DNA of 50,119 nucleotides. Source: a virus (taxonomy: Duplodnaviria; Caudoviricetes). The stretch covers positions 1 through 50,119 of the IMG/VR virus record IMGVR_UViG_3300042542_000047; one strand, written 5' to 3'. Made by a program: the position numbers and the translations under genes. Shown one piece after another: positions 17,504-26,869 of this stretch; the stretch's first letter is position 1, and every line of letters starts with the position of its first letter. The notes below the pieces were generated by a model that did not search any database, had not been told where the DNA came from, and was given only the letters and a program-made list of their open reading frames with translations.

Positions 17504-18859
17504 ATGGCGTTCATTGGCAATACCAACACCACACAGGCGTTTACACCGGCTGTAGATTTCTTCAGTGGTAATGCCTCGACCACGGCGTTTACATTGTCTC
17601 GCCCAGTGGCTTCTGTGGCTCAGGTGCAGGCTGTTGTCAACAACGTAGCTCAGAACCCATCGGATGCCTTCACAGTCAGCAGCAACACCATCACGTTCAC
17701 CTCTGCCCCGTCCAGTGGTACAAACAACATCTATGTGTACTACACAAGCCCAATTACGCAGGTGATTGCACCGGGTCAGGGTACGGTTGGCACAAATTCA
17801 CTGTCTTCATCATTGCTTGTTCCGCCATCTGCAATTTCCGATCAATTAAATTCATCCACAGGTTATTTTGATTTACCCGCTGGCACAACTGCCCAACGTC
17901 CCGGCAGTCCTGTTGTTGGAATGATTCGATACAACACAACCGAATCAAAGTATGAGGTGTATACATCAGCAGGGTGGGCTACTTTAACTTCTGCTCTTTA
18001 TCCATACAACATTGAATATTTAGTAATTGCTGGCGGTGGTGGTGGCGGTCGTTCAGAAAACTCAGCCAGTGGTGACGGCGGCGGGGGTGGCGGCGCTGGG
18101 GGTTATCGCACAGCGGCATCGTTTGCATTAACACCTGCAACAACCTATACCGTAACTGTTGGTGGTGGCGGAACTGGGTCAACTTCCGCCGCCGCAAAAG
18201 GTACTAACGGCTCTGACTCGATTTTTTCTACCATCACTTCAGCAGGTGGCGGTGGTGGTGGCTCGGACAACGCCAATACTGCTATTAACAACGGTGCTGA
18301 TGGTGGTTCTGGCGGCGGCGCGGCAAGTCTTTACCAAACCGCAACAACTGGAGGTGCGTCAAGCCCTGTTACCTCTCCAGTTCAAGGTTTTGCTGGTGGT
18401 AGTCTTGCCGCCCCCGCAGACCCGGGAGGTGGAAGAGCAGGTGCTGGCGGCGGTGGTTCTTCGCAAGCTGGAAACACTAAAAACGCAAACATTGGCGGTG
18501 CTGGTGGTAACGGTACTGCTTCTTCAATTACTGGCTCATCAGTAACTAGGGCTGGTGGCGGTGGTGGCGGTACTGGCGGTAGTACTGCTCCTTTAGCTGG
18601 CGGGGCGGGTGGTACTGGCGGTGGCGGTGCTGGCGGTGGAGTAAACACCAACGGAACGGCTGGAACTACCAATCTGGGTGGTGGTGGCGGCGGCGGTGGA
18701 CAATCATCAGGAACTGGTGCAAATGGGGGTTCAGGTGTTGTTATTCTTTCTGTACCAACTGCAAATTATTCTGGTACTACAACGGGTTCGCCAACAGTCA
18801 CTACATCCGGTTCAAACACAATTCTGACGTTTACGGGTTCCGGCTCGTACACTGCTTGA
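17504..18859 (+). CDS. Glycine-rich tail fibre protein
   Basis: FSGNASTTAFTL N-domain, LPAGTTAQRP..GMIRYN linker, YLVIAGGGGG...GGSGVVIL glycine-rich domain. Confidence 0.8.
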   Translation: MAFIGNTNTTQAFTPAVDFFSGNASTTAFTLSRPVASVAQVQAVVNNVAQNPSDAFTVSSNTITFTSAPSSGTNNIYVYYTSPITQVIAPGQGTVGTNSLSSSLLVPPSAISDQLNSSTGYFDLPAGTTAQRPGSPVVGMIRYNTTESKYEVYTSAGWATLTSALYPYNIEYLVIAGGGGGGRSENSASGDGGGGGGAGGYRTAASFALTPATTYTVTVGGGGTGSTSAAAKGTNGSDSIFSTITSAGGGGGGSDNANTAINNGADGGSGGGAASLYQTATTGGASSPVTSPVQGFAGGSLAAPADPGGGRAGAGGGGSSQAGNTKNANIGGAGGNGTASSITGSSVTRAGGGGGGTGGSTAPLAGGAGGTGGGGAGGGVNTNGTAGTTNLGGGGGGGGQSSGTGANGGSGVVILSVPTANYSGTTTGSPTVTTSGSNTILTFTGSGSYTA

Positions 18860-18867
18860 GGATAAAC

Positions 18868-19230
18868 ATGGCTCACTTTGCAAAAATTGGTTTAAACAAC
18901 ATAGTCACAGAAGTTTTGGTTGTTGCCAACCGCGAAACAATGGACTCCAATGGCGTTGAGCATGAATCTATTGGCGTTGAGTTTTTGAAAAATCTCACAG
19001 GCCATGAGACATGGGTTAAGACAAGCTACAACGGAAACATCCGCAAGAACTATGCTGGTGTAGGGTACACCTACGACAGTCAACGTGATGCGTTCATTCC
19101 TCCACAGCCATACCCAAGCTGGACGCTGGTTGAAGAAACTTGTCAATGGACTGCGCCTGTTCTATATCCTACTGATGGCAAGATGTATCAATGGGATGAA
19201 GTCACAACAAACTGGATTGAGGTAACGTAA
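18868..19230 (+). CDS. Partner/chaperone of the glycine-rich fibre
   Basis: MAHFAKI...TSYNGNIRKNYAGVGYTYD..RDAFIPPQPYPSW; GAGGA SD. Confidence 0.72.
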   Translation: MAHFAKIGLNNIVTEVLVVANRETMDSNGVEHESIGVEFLKNLTGHETWVKTSYNGNIRKNYAGVGYTYDSQRDAFIPPQPYPSWTLVEETCQWTAPVLYPTDGKMYQWDEVTTNWIEVT

Positions 19231-19787
19231 TGCCAGTAAGCACAATAGGATCAGATGCATTAGCAAGCAGTTCGGTTACAAGACCGAAAATAGGCTATGC
19301 CGGTGCTGTGTTGCAAGTCCAACGAAATCAAGTAACTGGAAGACAAACTGGTGCGAATGCTTGGGCTTATACAACAAGCGCTTTAGGTTCGCCATCTTCT
19401 ACAACAGGCAGCAAATATTTAGAGGTGTCCTTTACTCCCACATCAGCAACATCTTTAATTATTATTGAGGTCTATTGCTCTGTATTATCTGAAGCAACTA
19501 ATACAGCAGATCAAGCGGGGGCAGCAATCTGGAAAAATAATACTGGTGCGCCACTATCTGTTTTACATATTGCAACTTTTACCAGCAACATCAGTATAGC
19601 TGGATCAAATTCCTCAAGCAGTGCAACAATGCTTGTTACAGAAACAGCGGGTTCAACAGATACCAGAACTTATAGTTGGTATGCTGGCGTTAATGGGGGC
19701 GGCAGTGTTATCAATTCTTTTGGCACTGACACCAGCTTTGGCGGGCAGATGAGTTCCATTATGACGGTTACGGAAATTGCAGCATGA
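19230..19787 (+). CDS. Tail fibre-like beta protein
   Basis: GAVLQV...SFTPTSATS.I.I...S.MTVTEIAA. Confidence 0.7.
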   Translation: MPVSTIGSDALASSSVTRPKIGYAGAVLQVQRNQVTGRQTGANAWAYTTSALGSPSSTTGSKYLEVSFTPTSATSLIIIEVYCSVLSEATNTADQAGAAIWKNNTGAPLSVLHIATFTSNISIAGSNSSSSATMLVTETAGSTDTRTYSWYAGVNGGGSVINSFGTDTSFGGQMSSIMTVTEIAA

Positions 19788-20830
19788 GCTATATCGGCAA
19801 CACACCAATCTCAGTAGCCTTCCTGACTGACACGTTCAGCGGAAATGGCTCGACTACAGCTTTCACAATGACGGTGGCTCCGGCAAACACGTCGTCTATT
19901 CTTGTGGCTGTGACTGGTGTGGTGCAAGACCCGTCAACATATTCTGTATCTGGGACAACGCTGACATTCTCAGGCGCTCCGCCGAGCGGGACAAGCAACA
20001 TCTCTGTTCGTTACCTTGGCATCCCAGCATCTGGCGTGACCACAACTGCGTACAGGACAGTGACAGACACTACGGCTACAGCAAGCCAGACCAGCTTCAC
20101 CATACCAAGCTACACCGTTGGGTACGTAGATGTCTTCAGGAACGGCGTACGCCTTGCGGCAGCAGATTTCACAGCCACCACAGGAACAACAGTTGTCTTG
20201 GCTAACGCATGTACGGTAGGCGACACAGTCACCACAGTGAGCTTCTATGTCTCCAGTGTGTTGAATGCCATTCCAAATACCGCCGGGAGCGTATCTTCAT
20301 CCAATATTGTGTCAGGGGTAACGCTGACCAGTCCAGTTACAGCAGGTACGCCGACAGGTGTGGGTGTTCTTACCTCTGGCACTGCCGTTGCGTCTACCAG
20401 CGGTACAAGCATTGACTTTACAGGCATTCCATCATGGGTAAAGCGTGTAACGGTGATGTATGCAGGTGTTTCTACTAACGGTACAAGCACTTTAATTCTT
20501 CAATTAGGAACTTCAGGTGGAGTAGTTACATCAGGGTATGTAGGTTCAATGAGTTACGCTAGCGCTCAAGCTATTTATACAACTGGAATCGGCATCCATA
20601 ACAATGGTTCTGCATCAGGTATTGGAAATGGCGTAACACAAGTTTCATTGGTTGGTTCAAATACATGGGCTGGCAGTGGTAATGTTGGCTGTACAGGCGC
20701 TGGCACAGGAGAAACTTACAGTAGCGGTGCTTACATTGCTTTAGGCGGCACTTTAGACCGAGTACGCATCACCACAGTAGGCGGCACAGACACCTTTGAT
20801 GCCGGAACAATCAACATTCTTTACGAGTAA
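19784..20830 (+). CDS. Tail fibre protein, paralogue 1 of STSGTSIDF domain family
   Basis: MSYIGN..FSGNGSTTAFT N-domains plus STSGTSIDFTGIPSWVKRVTV...FDAGTINILYE. Confidence 0.8.
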   Translation: MSYIGNTPISVAFLTDTFSGNGSTTAFTMTVAPANTSSILVAVTGVVQDPSTYSVSGTTLTFSGAPPSGTSNISVRYLGIPASGVTTTAYRTVTDTTATASQTSFTIPSYTVGYVDVFRNGVRLAAADFTATTGTTVVLANACTVGDTVTTVSFYVSSVLNAIPNTAGSVSSSNIVSGVTLTSPVTAGTPTGVGVLTSGTAVASTSGTSIDFTGIPSWVKRVTVMYAGVSTNGTSTLILQLGTSGGVVTSGYVGSMSYASAQAIYTTGIGIHNNGSASGIGNGVTQVSLVGSNTWAGSGNVGCTGAGTGETYSSGAYIALGGTLDRVRITTVGGTDTFDAGTINILYE

Positions 20831-20833
20831 ACC

Positions 20834-21370
20834 ATGACCAAAGCAGTTAACCTCGCCGCAGTAGGATCAAACGCAAACTCAGGTGGAACGTTGATTACCT
20901 CTGGTACTGTTATTGCGTCTACCAGCGGTACAAGCATTGACTTCACTGGAATCCCGTCATGGGTAAAACGAATTACGGTGATGTTTCAAAATTTAAGTGC
21001 CGCTGGAGTTAATTCTCGACTGCTAATACAAATTGGGGACTCTGGCGGTATTGAAAACACAGGATATAACAGCACTAGTGCTTACTCTACTGGTTCGGCT
21101 GGTACATCAAACTCAGAGACTACTGGTTATGTTCTGGACAACGGTGGTGGGCAACCAGCACTGTTTGTTACAGGTACTGCTGTTATCACTTTATTAGATG
21201 CATCAACAAATTTGTGGGTTGCAACACACATGGCAGAATTGACTGTTGGTTACACAATGTTTGGCGGTGGTAGAAAAACACTCTCAGGCACACTCGACCG
21301 AGTACGCATAACCTCTGTAAACGGCACAAATACATTTGACTCGGGTTCAATCAACATTCTCTATGAGTAA
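20834..21370 (+). CDS. Tail fibre-like protein, paralogue 2
   Basis: STSGTSIDFTGIPSWVKRITV...LDRVRIT...FDSGSINILYE. Confidence 0.8.
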   Translation: MTKAVNLAAVGSNANSGGTLITSGTVIASTSGTSIDFTGIPSWVKRITVMFQNLSAAGVNSRLLIQIGDSGGIENTGYNSTSAYSTGSAGTSNSETTGYVLDNGGGQPALFVTGTAVITLLDASTNLWVATHMAELTVGYTMFGGGRKTLSGTLDRVRITSVNGTNTFDSGSINILYE

Positions 21371-21375
21371 ACATC

Positions 21376-21585
21376 ATGGCATTAACTAAAGTAGCTTCTT
21401 CAATGGTTGGTGACGGCAGTGGACAAGCGTTCAACCCGTCAGTGCCGATCTACGAAAACACCAAGGTGGTGACAGTCAGCTATACCATCACATCAGGGGC
21501 ATGTGCCATGTCTGTCGGGCCGATCACACTTGCGGCAGGTGTCACAGTTTCTTTGCCAAGTGGCAGTAGGTGGGTGATCCTATGA
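21376..21585 (+). CDS. Small tail-associated protein
   Basis: YEN...SYTITSG..AMSVGPIT...VTVSLPSGSRWVIL. Confidence 0.7.
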   Translation: MALTKVASSMVGDGSGQAFNPSVPIYENTKVVTVSYTITSGACAMSVGPITLAAGVTVSLPSGSRWVIL

Positions 21586-22151
21586 GTTTTTACACTTACA
21601 TGCACTCTACTCCAAAGCACCAAGTTTTTTATGTTGGAAAAGGCGGAGAGGACAGGGCATTTTCACGTTCCGACAGAAGTTATTTGTGGAAACAAAAAAT
21701 TGAACAAGAGCGCGGTTTAAATATTCAAATTCTTGCTGACTGGCCTACCGAAAAAGAGGCTTACCAGCATGAGGAATTTTTGATTGCATGTTTTAAAGAC
21801 ATGGGTTTTGACTTGGTCAATCAAACAGATGGTGGCAAGGGGGTAATTAACTACAAGCAGTCACCAGAAACCAGAAAGAAAAACGCTGGAAGATTGATTG
21901 GGTACAAGCATAAAGTTTTGTCATGCCCAAAATGTGGGCATGTCGGTGGGCAGACAGGTTTAAAAAAATGGCATTTCGATAATTGCACGGGCAAAAAAGG
22001 ATTGTTTAAAGCAAGGGCAACTGTTGATGGAAAGAGAATTTTTCTTGGCTATTGCTTAACAAAAGACGAGGCAACAAAAGTGATAATTGAATATTACAGG
22101 TCTATTGGCAAACCATTGCCTCAAGGCTTTTTAGCCAAAAGGAGCAAATAA
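21582..22151 (+). mobile_element. Free-standing GIY-YIG-like homing endonuclease
   Basis: FYTYMH...VFYVGKG...R...E.EA..HEEFLI...LVNQTDGG.G; CPKC and AP2-like RIFLGY tail; locally AT-rich; ATGA overlap. Confidence 0.72.
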
Positions 22152-22152
22152 A

Positions 22153-22746
22153 ATGGCTGGATTTGCTTTAGCAGGAGATACATCAGGGCAGCTTGCAGTC
22201 AACGCTCCTGCTGTTGCGGGATCAAACACGCTGACACTTCAAGCCGCCACTGCGACAAATTCTGTCAATACGTTGGCAACAGCGGTTGCATCTACTAGCG
22301 GTACAAGCATTTCATTTATAAGCATTCCAAGCTGGGTGAAGAAAATAACTGTAATGTTTAGCGGTGTCAGTACAAACGGTTCAGGAAACTATCAAGTTCA
22401 AATTGGCTCTGGTTCTGTAACAACTTCAGGTTATCTTGGGTCAACAGGATACTTTACTACTGGCACTGTGGTATCTGCCGCAACTACAGGGTTTTTAATT
22501 TACAACCCATCAGGGGCGGCAGTTGTGGCTCACGGGACAACAACTTTAACCCTATTGAACTCAGCAACCAACACATGGGTTGCAACATCTATCATGGCAT
22601 CATCTCAAGCCGCGCAAATGCTTTTTGGGGCGGGGTCTATTTCGCTTGCGGGGACTTTAGATCAATTGCGGATTATTGGAAGCGCAACAGGAAGCCCTGC
22701 TGACACATTCGATGCTGGCACAGTCAACATTCTGTACGAAGGATAA
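22153..22746 (+). CDS. Tail fibre-like protein, paralogue 3
   Basis: GDTSG..APAVAGSNTLTL; STSGTSISF.SIPSWVKKITV...FDAGTVNILYEG. Confidence 0.8.
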   Translation: MAGFALAGDTSGQLAVNAPAVAGSNTLTLQAATATNSVNTLATAVASTSGTSISFISIPSWVKKITVMFSGVSTNGSGNYQVQIGSGSVTTSGYLGSTGYFTTGTVVSAATTGFLIYNPSGAAVVAHGTTTLTLLNSATNTWVATSIMASSQAAQMLFGAGSISLAGTLDQLRIIGSATGSPADTFDAGTVNILYEG

Positions 22747-22748
22747 TC

Positions 22749-23330
22749 ATGTCAGCAATTGTTTTAACCTCTGAAACGCTAATCGGTACGCCAGCGCCGG
22801 GCAACATCGAATACAACGGTCAATTCTTTGGCACTGACAGCGCAAGCTCTCGGGCGCAGTTGCAGAGGATTGTGTTGTCTACTGCTGTTGCATCTACCAG
22901 TGGTACTTCAATTAACTTCACTGGCATCCCTGCGTGGGCAGAACGGATTACAGTGATGTTTCAGGGGGTAAGCTCAAATAGTTCTTCGCTTTGGCTATTG
23001 CAACTTGGTACATCGAGCGGGGTGGTAATAACTGGGTATCTTGGTAGGGTTAGAGACCTTGGAAGTGTGAATTCAGCTTATTCTGCTGGCTTTACTCTTT
23101 TAACTGACTCCAGCAACGGAGCCATTCTTCATGGGCTTATACAAGTAGTAACGCTTGGGTCAAATAATTTTGCCATGAGCGGAATACTGTCGCGGTCTGA
23201 TGGCGCTAATCAATACATATCGGGCGGCTCTATGGCTCTTGGCGGTGTCCTTGACCGAGTTCGTCTTACAACAGTCAACGGAACTGACACTTTTGACGCT
23301 GGTTCGGTAAACATTTTGTACGAGGGCTAA
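22749..23330 (+). CDS. Tail fibre-like protein, paralogue 4
   Basis: STSGTSINFTGIPAWAERITV...FDAGSVNILYEG. Confidence 0.8.
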   Translation: MSAIVLTSETLIGTPAPGNIEYNGQFFGTDSASSRAQLQRIVLSTAVASTSGTSINFTGIPAWAERITVMFQGVSSNSSSLWLLQLGTSSGVVITGYLGRVRDLGSVNSAYSAGFTLLTDSSNGAILHGLIQVVTLGSNNFAMSGILSRSDGANQYISGGSMALGGVLDRVRLTTVNGTDTFDAGSVNILYEG

Positions 23331-23333
23331 ATC

Positions 23334-23864
23334 ATGGCAACAGTAATAGATGGTTCAGCAAGCGTAACGATCAACTCAGGTGCGGTACTGGGGATTACCT
23401 CTGGCACTGCTGTTGCCTCTACATCAGGTACAAGCATTGACTTTACTTCTATCCCATCATGGGTGAAGCGTATCACCGTAATGATGCAAGGCATGAGTAC
23501 AAGCGGTGGAAGTTACAAACAAATACGGTTTACTGATTCAGCTCTTAAAACATCTGGATACACCAGCACATCTTCATTAATTTATGGCAATAATTTGTGT
23601 ATAACTGAAGCGGCAACAACAGGATTTTTTATACGATCAGATCAAGCGGCAGAGGCTTTGAATGGCTGTTATGTTTTTAATTTACTTAACCCATCAACTT
23701 TTTTATGGTCGGGATTTGGCGTTGTTTCTGATTCTGGTAGCAGATCATGGCAACAGTCAGGTGTAGTGACTATGGCAAGCGCAATAACTGCTATACGCAT
23801 TACTACAGTAAATGGAACTGACACCTTTGATGCCGGTAGCGTAAATATTTTATATGAAGGGTAA
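23334..23864 (+). CDS. Tail fibre-like protein, paralogue 5
   Basis: STSGTSIDFTSIPSWVKRITV...FDAGSVNILYEG. Confidence 0.8.
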   Translation: MATVIDGSASVTINSGAVLGITSGTAVASTSGTSIDFTSIPSWVKRITVMMQGMSTSGGSYKQIRFTDSALKTSGYTSTSSLIYGNNLCITEAATTGFFIRSDQAAEALNGCYVFNLLNPSTFLWSGFGVVSDSGSRSWQQSGVVTMASAITAIRITTVNGTDTFDAGSVNILYEG

Positions 23865-23867
23865 ACC

Positions 23868-24053
23868 ATGACACACAGAATCGTAGTAAATGTCCAAACA
23901 GGCGAAGTCACACAAGTTGAGTACACCCCTGAAGAACAAGCAATCCATGATGCGGCAGTAGCGGCACAACAAGCAGAAGCTGAAGCGCAAGCACTTGCAG
24001 AGGCACAAGCCCAACAGATGCCGGATAATCCCCCACAAGGAGAAACACCATGA
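23868..24053 (+). CDS. Small tail-fibre chaperone-like protein
   Basis: IVVNVQTGEV..VEYTPEE then Ala/Gln helix; follows the fibre array. Confidence 0.65.
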   Translation: MTHRIVVNVQTGEVTQVEYTPEEQAIHDAAVAAQQAEAEAQALAEAQAQQMPDNPPQGETP

Positions 24054-25114
24054 GCAGTTCATATTCCTCAAGCCTTCGGATCGAGTTGATCGGTTCGGGC
24101 GACCAAGCCGGTGCGTGGGGCGCAACCACCGACAGTAACTTTGCCTACGTTATGGACACAGCCATCGCTGGGTATCAAGCGGTCACGGTAAGTTCTGCTG
24201 CCCAAGCCCTGACTTATGTCAACGGGCCGTCCTCCAGCGCCAACTTGAACCAATCGGTGTACGCCATGCTGAAGTTCAACAGCGCGGCAGCAGCCTCCGC
24301 CATCTACGCCCCGCCAGCGTCTAAACAGTACATCATTTGGAACAACACAAGCTATACCATCACGATCTACAACTCTACGGTCATCGGTAACACAACAGCC
24401 GCAGGCACTGGGGTTGCTATTGCCAGCGGCGACAAGGTCATTGTCTGGTCGGATGCAACAAACTTCTACGACGTTAAGGGTAGCGGCGTAACCGGAACAG
24501 TAGCAATAATCAACGGCGGAACAGGAGCCACCACAGCTTCTGGCGCAAGAACAAACTTGGGTCTGGTAATCGGCACGGATGTGGCTGCAATTGCCTCCCC
24601 TGCGTTTACAGGCAACCCCACAGCGCCGACCCCTACATTTGGCGACAACGACACATCTATCGCAACCACGGCATTTGTACAGGCGGCCCTTGCAGCTATT
24701 TACCCAGTTGGTTCAATCTACACAAACGCCACCGTTGCAACGAACCCCGGCACATTGCTTGGCTTTGGTACATGGACTGCGTTTGGTGCTGGTCGTGTTC
24801 CTGTTGGTTTTGATGCGGGTAATGCGCTGTTTGACACTGCTGAAGAAACTGGTGGTAGCGCAGATGCAATTACTGTAAGCCACACCCACACAGCAACTGT
24901 TACAGACCCCGGTCACACCCACACATCTAATGCCAACGTCAATAACTCCCAGAACTTAGCCGGAGGCCCGTCTACAACTCTTTCACGGCAAACCGCCACG
25001 ATTGACCCAGCGTTTACAGGCATCACTGTGGCAATCAGTACAACCGGCTCAAGCGGTACAAACGCCAATTATCAGCCGTACATAACTGTTTACATGTGGA
25101 AACGCACTGCTTAA
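24050..25114 (+). CDS. Tail fibre / baseplate-wedge-like protein
   Basis: LRIELIGSGDQAGAWG, NGGTGATTASGARTNLG, SPAFTG.PTAPT, YPVGSIY...QPYITVYMWKRTA. Confidence 0.8.
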   Translation: MSSSYSSSLRIELIGSGDQAGAWGATTDSNFAYVMDTAIAGYQAVTVSSAAQALTYVNGPSSSANLNQSVYAMLKFNSAAAASAIYAPPASKQYIIWNNTSYTITIYNSTVIGNTTAAGTGVAIASGDKVIVWSDATNFYDVKGSGVTGTVAIINGGTGATTASGARTNLGLVIGTDVAAIASPAFTGNPTAPTPTFGDNDTSIATTAFVQAALAAIYPVGSIYTNATVATNPGTLLGFGTWTAFGAGRVPVGFDAGNALFDTAEETGGSADAITVSHTHTATVTDPGHTHTSNANVNNSQNLAGGPSTTLSRQTATIDPAFTGITVAISTTGSSGTNANYQPYITVYMWKRTA

Positions 25115-25115
25115 T

Positions 25116-25679
25116 ATGATCCAAGACTACATCAAAGTTTTTGATGGCGTTGTCCCACTGGACTTGTGTGACGCTTTGCTCAATGAGTTCAGTGACTCAC
25201 AGGAGTGGGCCGACACCGCTGTTGGGCCTAGCCATCTTGGTCTTGTTGATAAAAGCGTTCGTTCTGCTTCAATCATTGGTCTATCTCATCAGCATGTCAT
25301 AGATAAAAACAAAGAAGTTAGATCGCAGCTTGACAAAAGATTGTTTGATGCGGTTGGCAGCGCCATACAGCAGTATTCCAGCGCATATCCATTTGCGGGG
25401 ATTTCTAAAGATTCTGGCTATGAAATACTGCGATACCAAACAGGGCAGTTTTATGTCCAGCACGTTGACTCAACCATAAACCATAACCGCAGTGTTTCTT
25501 GTTCGCTTATTCTTAACGACGGATACGAAGGCGGGGAGTTTGCGTTTTTCAACCGAGAAATGATTGTGAACCCCCCAAAAGGATCAGCACTTTTATTCCC
25601 CTCAAACTTTATGTTCCCGCATGAAATCCTGCCTGTCACATCAGGCACTCGGTATTCTGTGGTGACTTGGTTTTTGTAG
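25116..25679 (+). CDS. 2OG-Fe(II) oxygenase (prolyl-4-hydroxylase-like)
   Basis: ILRY..GQFY..HVD...LNDGYEGGEF...FPSNFMFPHEILPVTSGTRYSVVTW: HxD...H...RxS triad. Confidence 0.9.
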   Translation: MIQDYIKVFDGVVPLDLCDALLNEFSDSQEWADTAVGPSHLGLVDKSVRSASIIGLSHQHVIDKNKEVRSQLDKRLFDAVGSAIQQYSSAYPFAGISKDSGYEILRYQTGQFYVQHVDSTINHNRSVSCSLILNDGYEGGEFAFFNREMIVNPPKGSALLFPSNFMFPHEILPVTSGTRYSVVTWFL

Positions 25680-25688
25680 GAGCGTGAA

Positions 25689-26384
25689 ATTGATCCGATC
25701 AGTCTCCTTTTCGCTGCCAATGCTTGTGTCGCCGCCATCAAGGAAGGTTGCGAGCTTTACAAGCAAGCAAAGACCGCTTTCGTGGAGGTTAAGGCTACAG
25801 TCGATGAAGCTGTTGGAATCGGAAGAGAAATTTATGGTTTCTGGGGGACGTTGGCAAAATTCTTTGGCGGTGCGCCAACTCCTGTCGCGCCCAAGCCTGT
25901 GGCGAAAAAGAAGGACAAATACGTCGCTGTTGACGAAACGCAGGTCATGGTTGGAGTTGTCAAAAATCTTACGGAATTCTTCAGAATCCAAGAACAGTTA
26001 GCAGCACACATCAGGGAGGAAGAAGAGAAGTCCAAAAACGTCTACGAGCCTGACCAGAACCAGATGGAAGCCGCATTGAAGCGGGTCATGGCGCAGGATC
26101 AGATGGCGGCACTGGAAGTGACAATCAGAGAGACGATGGTGTATCAAAGCCCTCCCGAAATGGGTGCGCTGTACAGCAAGGTGTTTGAGATGCGGGATGT
26201 CATATCCGCTGAACAAGAAGCTGCCAGACTGAAACAAGAGGCGAAGAACAGGCGAGAGGCATGGCAACACAGGGAAGAGGAAAGAAACCTGCAAGCAAAA
26301 CTGGCGGCAGTGGTGGCGACTTTTACATTCCTCCTGTACCTGTGGCTGTGGCTGTGGTTCGTAAGTCAGTGGGGGAAGAAATGA
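25689..26384 (+). CDS. Membrane-anchored coiled-coil protein of the lysis region, probable ATT start
   Basis: Frame open from TAG 25677-79; AGGAG 6 nt before ATT GAT CCG ATC (MDPISLLFAA...); C-terminal TM. Confidence 0.6.
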   Translation: MDPISLLFAANACVAAIKEGCELYKQAKTAFVEVKATVDEAVGIGREIYGFWGTLAKFFGGAPTPVAPKPVAKKKDKYVAVDETQVMVGVVKNLTEFFRIQEQLAAHIREEEEKSKNVYEPDQNQMEAALKRVMAQDQMAALEVTIRETMVYQSPPEMGALYSKVFEMRDVISAEQEAARLKQEAKNRREAWQHREEERNLQAKLAAVVATFTFLLYLWLWLWFVSQWGKK

Positions 26385-26548
26385 TCGGCTGGATTGCTGC
26401 TTGTGTGTTGGTCGCCCTACTACTGCCTTTGCTGGGTATGTTGTATTTGGATGTGCTGGAAATAAAGAATGAAGCCAAAGCGCAGATTCAAAAAGTGGAA
26501 AAGTTGAGAAGACAGCTTGAACAGCAGGAAAGGAAAAAAGATGAGTAA
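26381..26548 (+). CDS. Small single-TM protein
   Basis: ATGA overlap; MIGWIAACVLVALLLPLLGMLY then charged helix. Confidence 0.65.
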   Translation: MIGWIAACVLVALLLPLLGMLYLDVLEIKNEAKAQIQKVEKLRRQLEQQERKKDE

Positions 26549-26867
26549 GCAACTTGAAAAAGATTCAGAGTACGACAAGTTTGACACCGACCACGATGGC
26601 GTGGTGACTGACGCTGAACTGTCCCGGTCTGAGCGCATGATTCAGATTGAAAACCTTGACAAGATGGCTGACCAGCAAAGGGTCATGGCATGGGCCGCTT
26701 TGGGCGCACCGCCTGTATTGATTGCATTTCTTGCGTCTACTTGGGTAACCTTAGAGAAAGTCAACGCATTGAGCGGTTTGACCACCACCTACTGCGCAGC
26801 AATGGGAACAATCGTGGTTGCATTCATGGCAGCACAGGCGTATGTGCGTGGTAAGGCGGAGGCGTAA
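26541..26867 (+). CDS. Holin-like two-TM protein with N-terminal EF-hand loop
   Basis: DTDHDGVVTDAE loop; two hydrophobic helices; in lysis cassette. Confidence 0.6.
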   Translation: MSKQLEKDSEYDKFDTDHDGVVTDAELSRSERMIQIENLDKMADQQRVMAWAALGAPPVLIAFLASTWVTLEKVNALSGLTTTYCAAMGTIVVAFMAAQAYVRGKAEA

Positions 26868-26869
26868 GC

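Noticed and set aside
21582-22151. Group I intron surrounding the endonuclease
   Set aside because: Flanking genes are intact and abut the ORF directly, leaving no room for intron core structure
19784-23864. Diversity-generating retroelement (TR/VR) among fibre paralogues
   Set aside because: No reverse transcriptase in the window, all copies are intact ORFs, and differences are not confined to adenines
25684-26001. ORF MKLIRSVSFSL starting at GTG 25684
   Set aside because: GTG is only 1 nt from the SD; the overlapping frame with ATT at 6-nt spacing continues into the full-length gene
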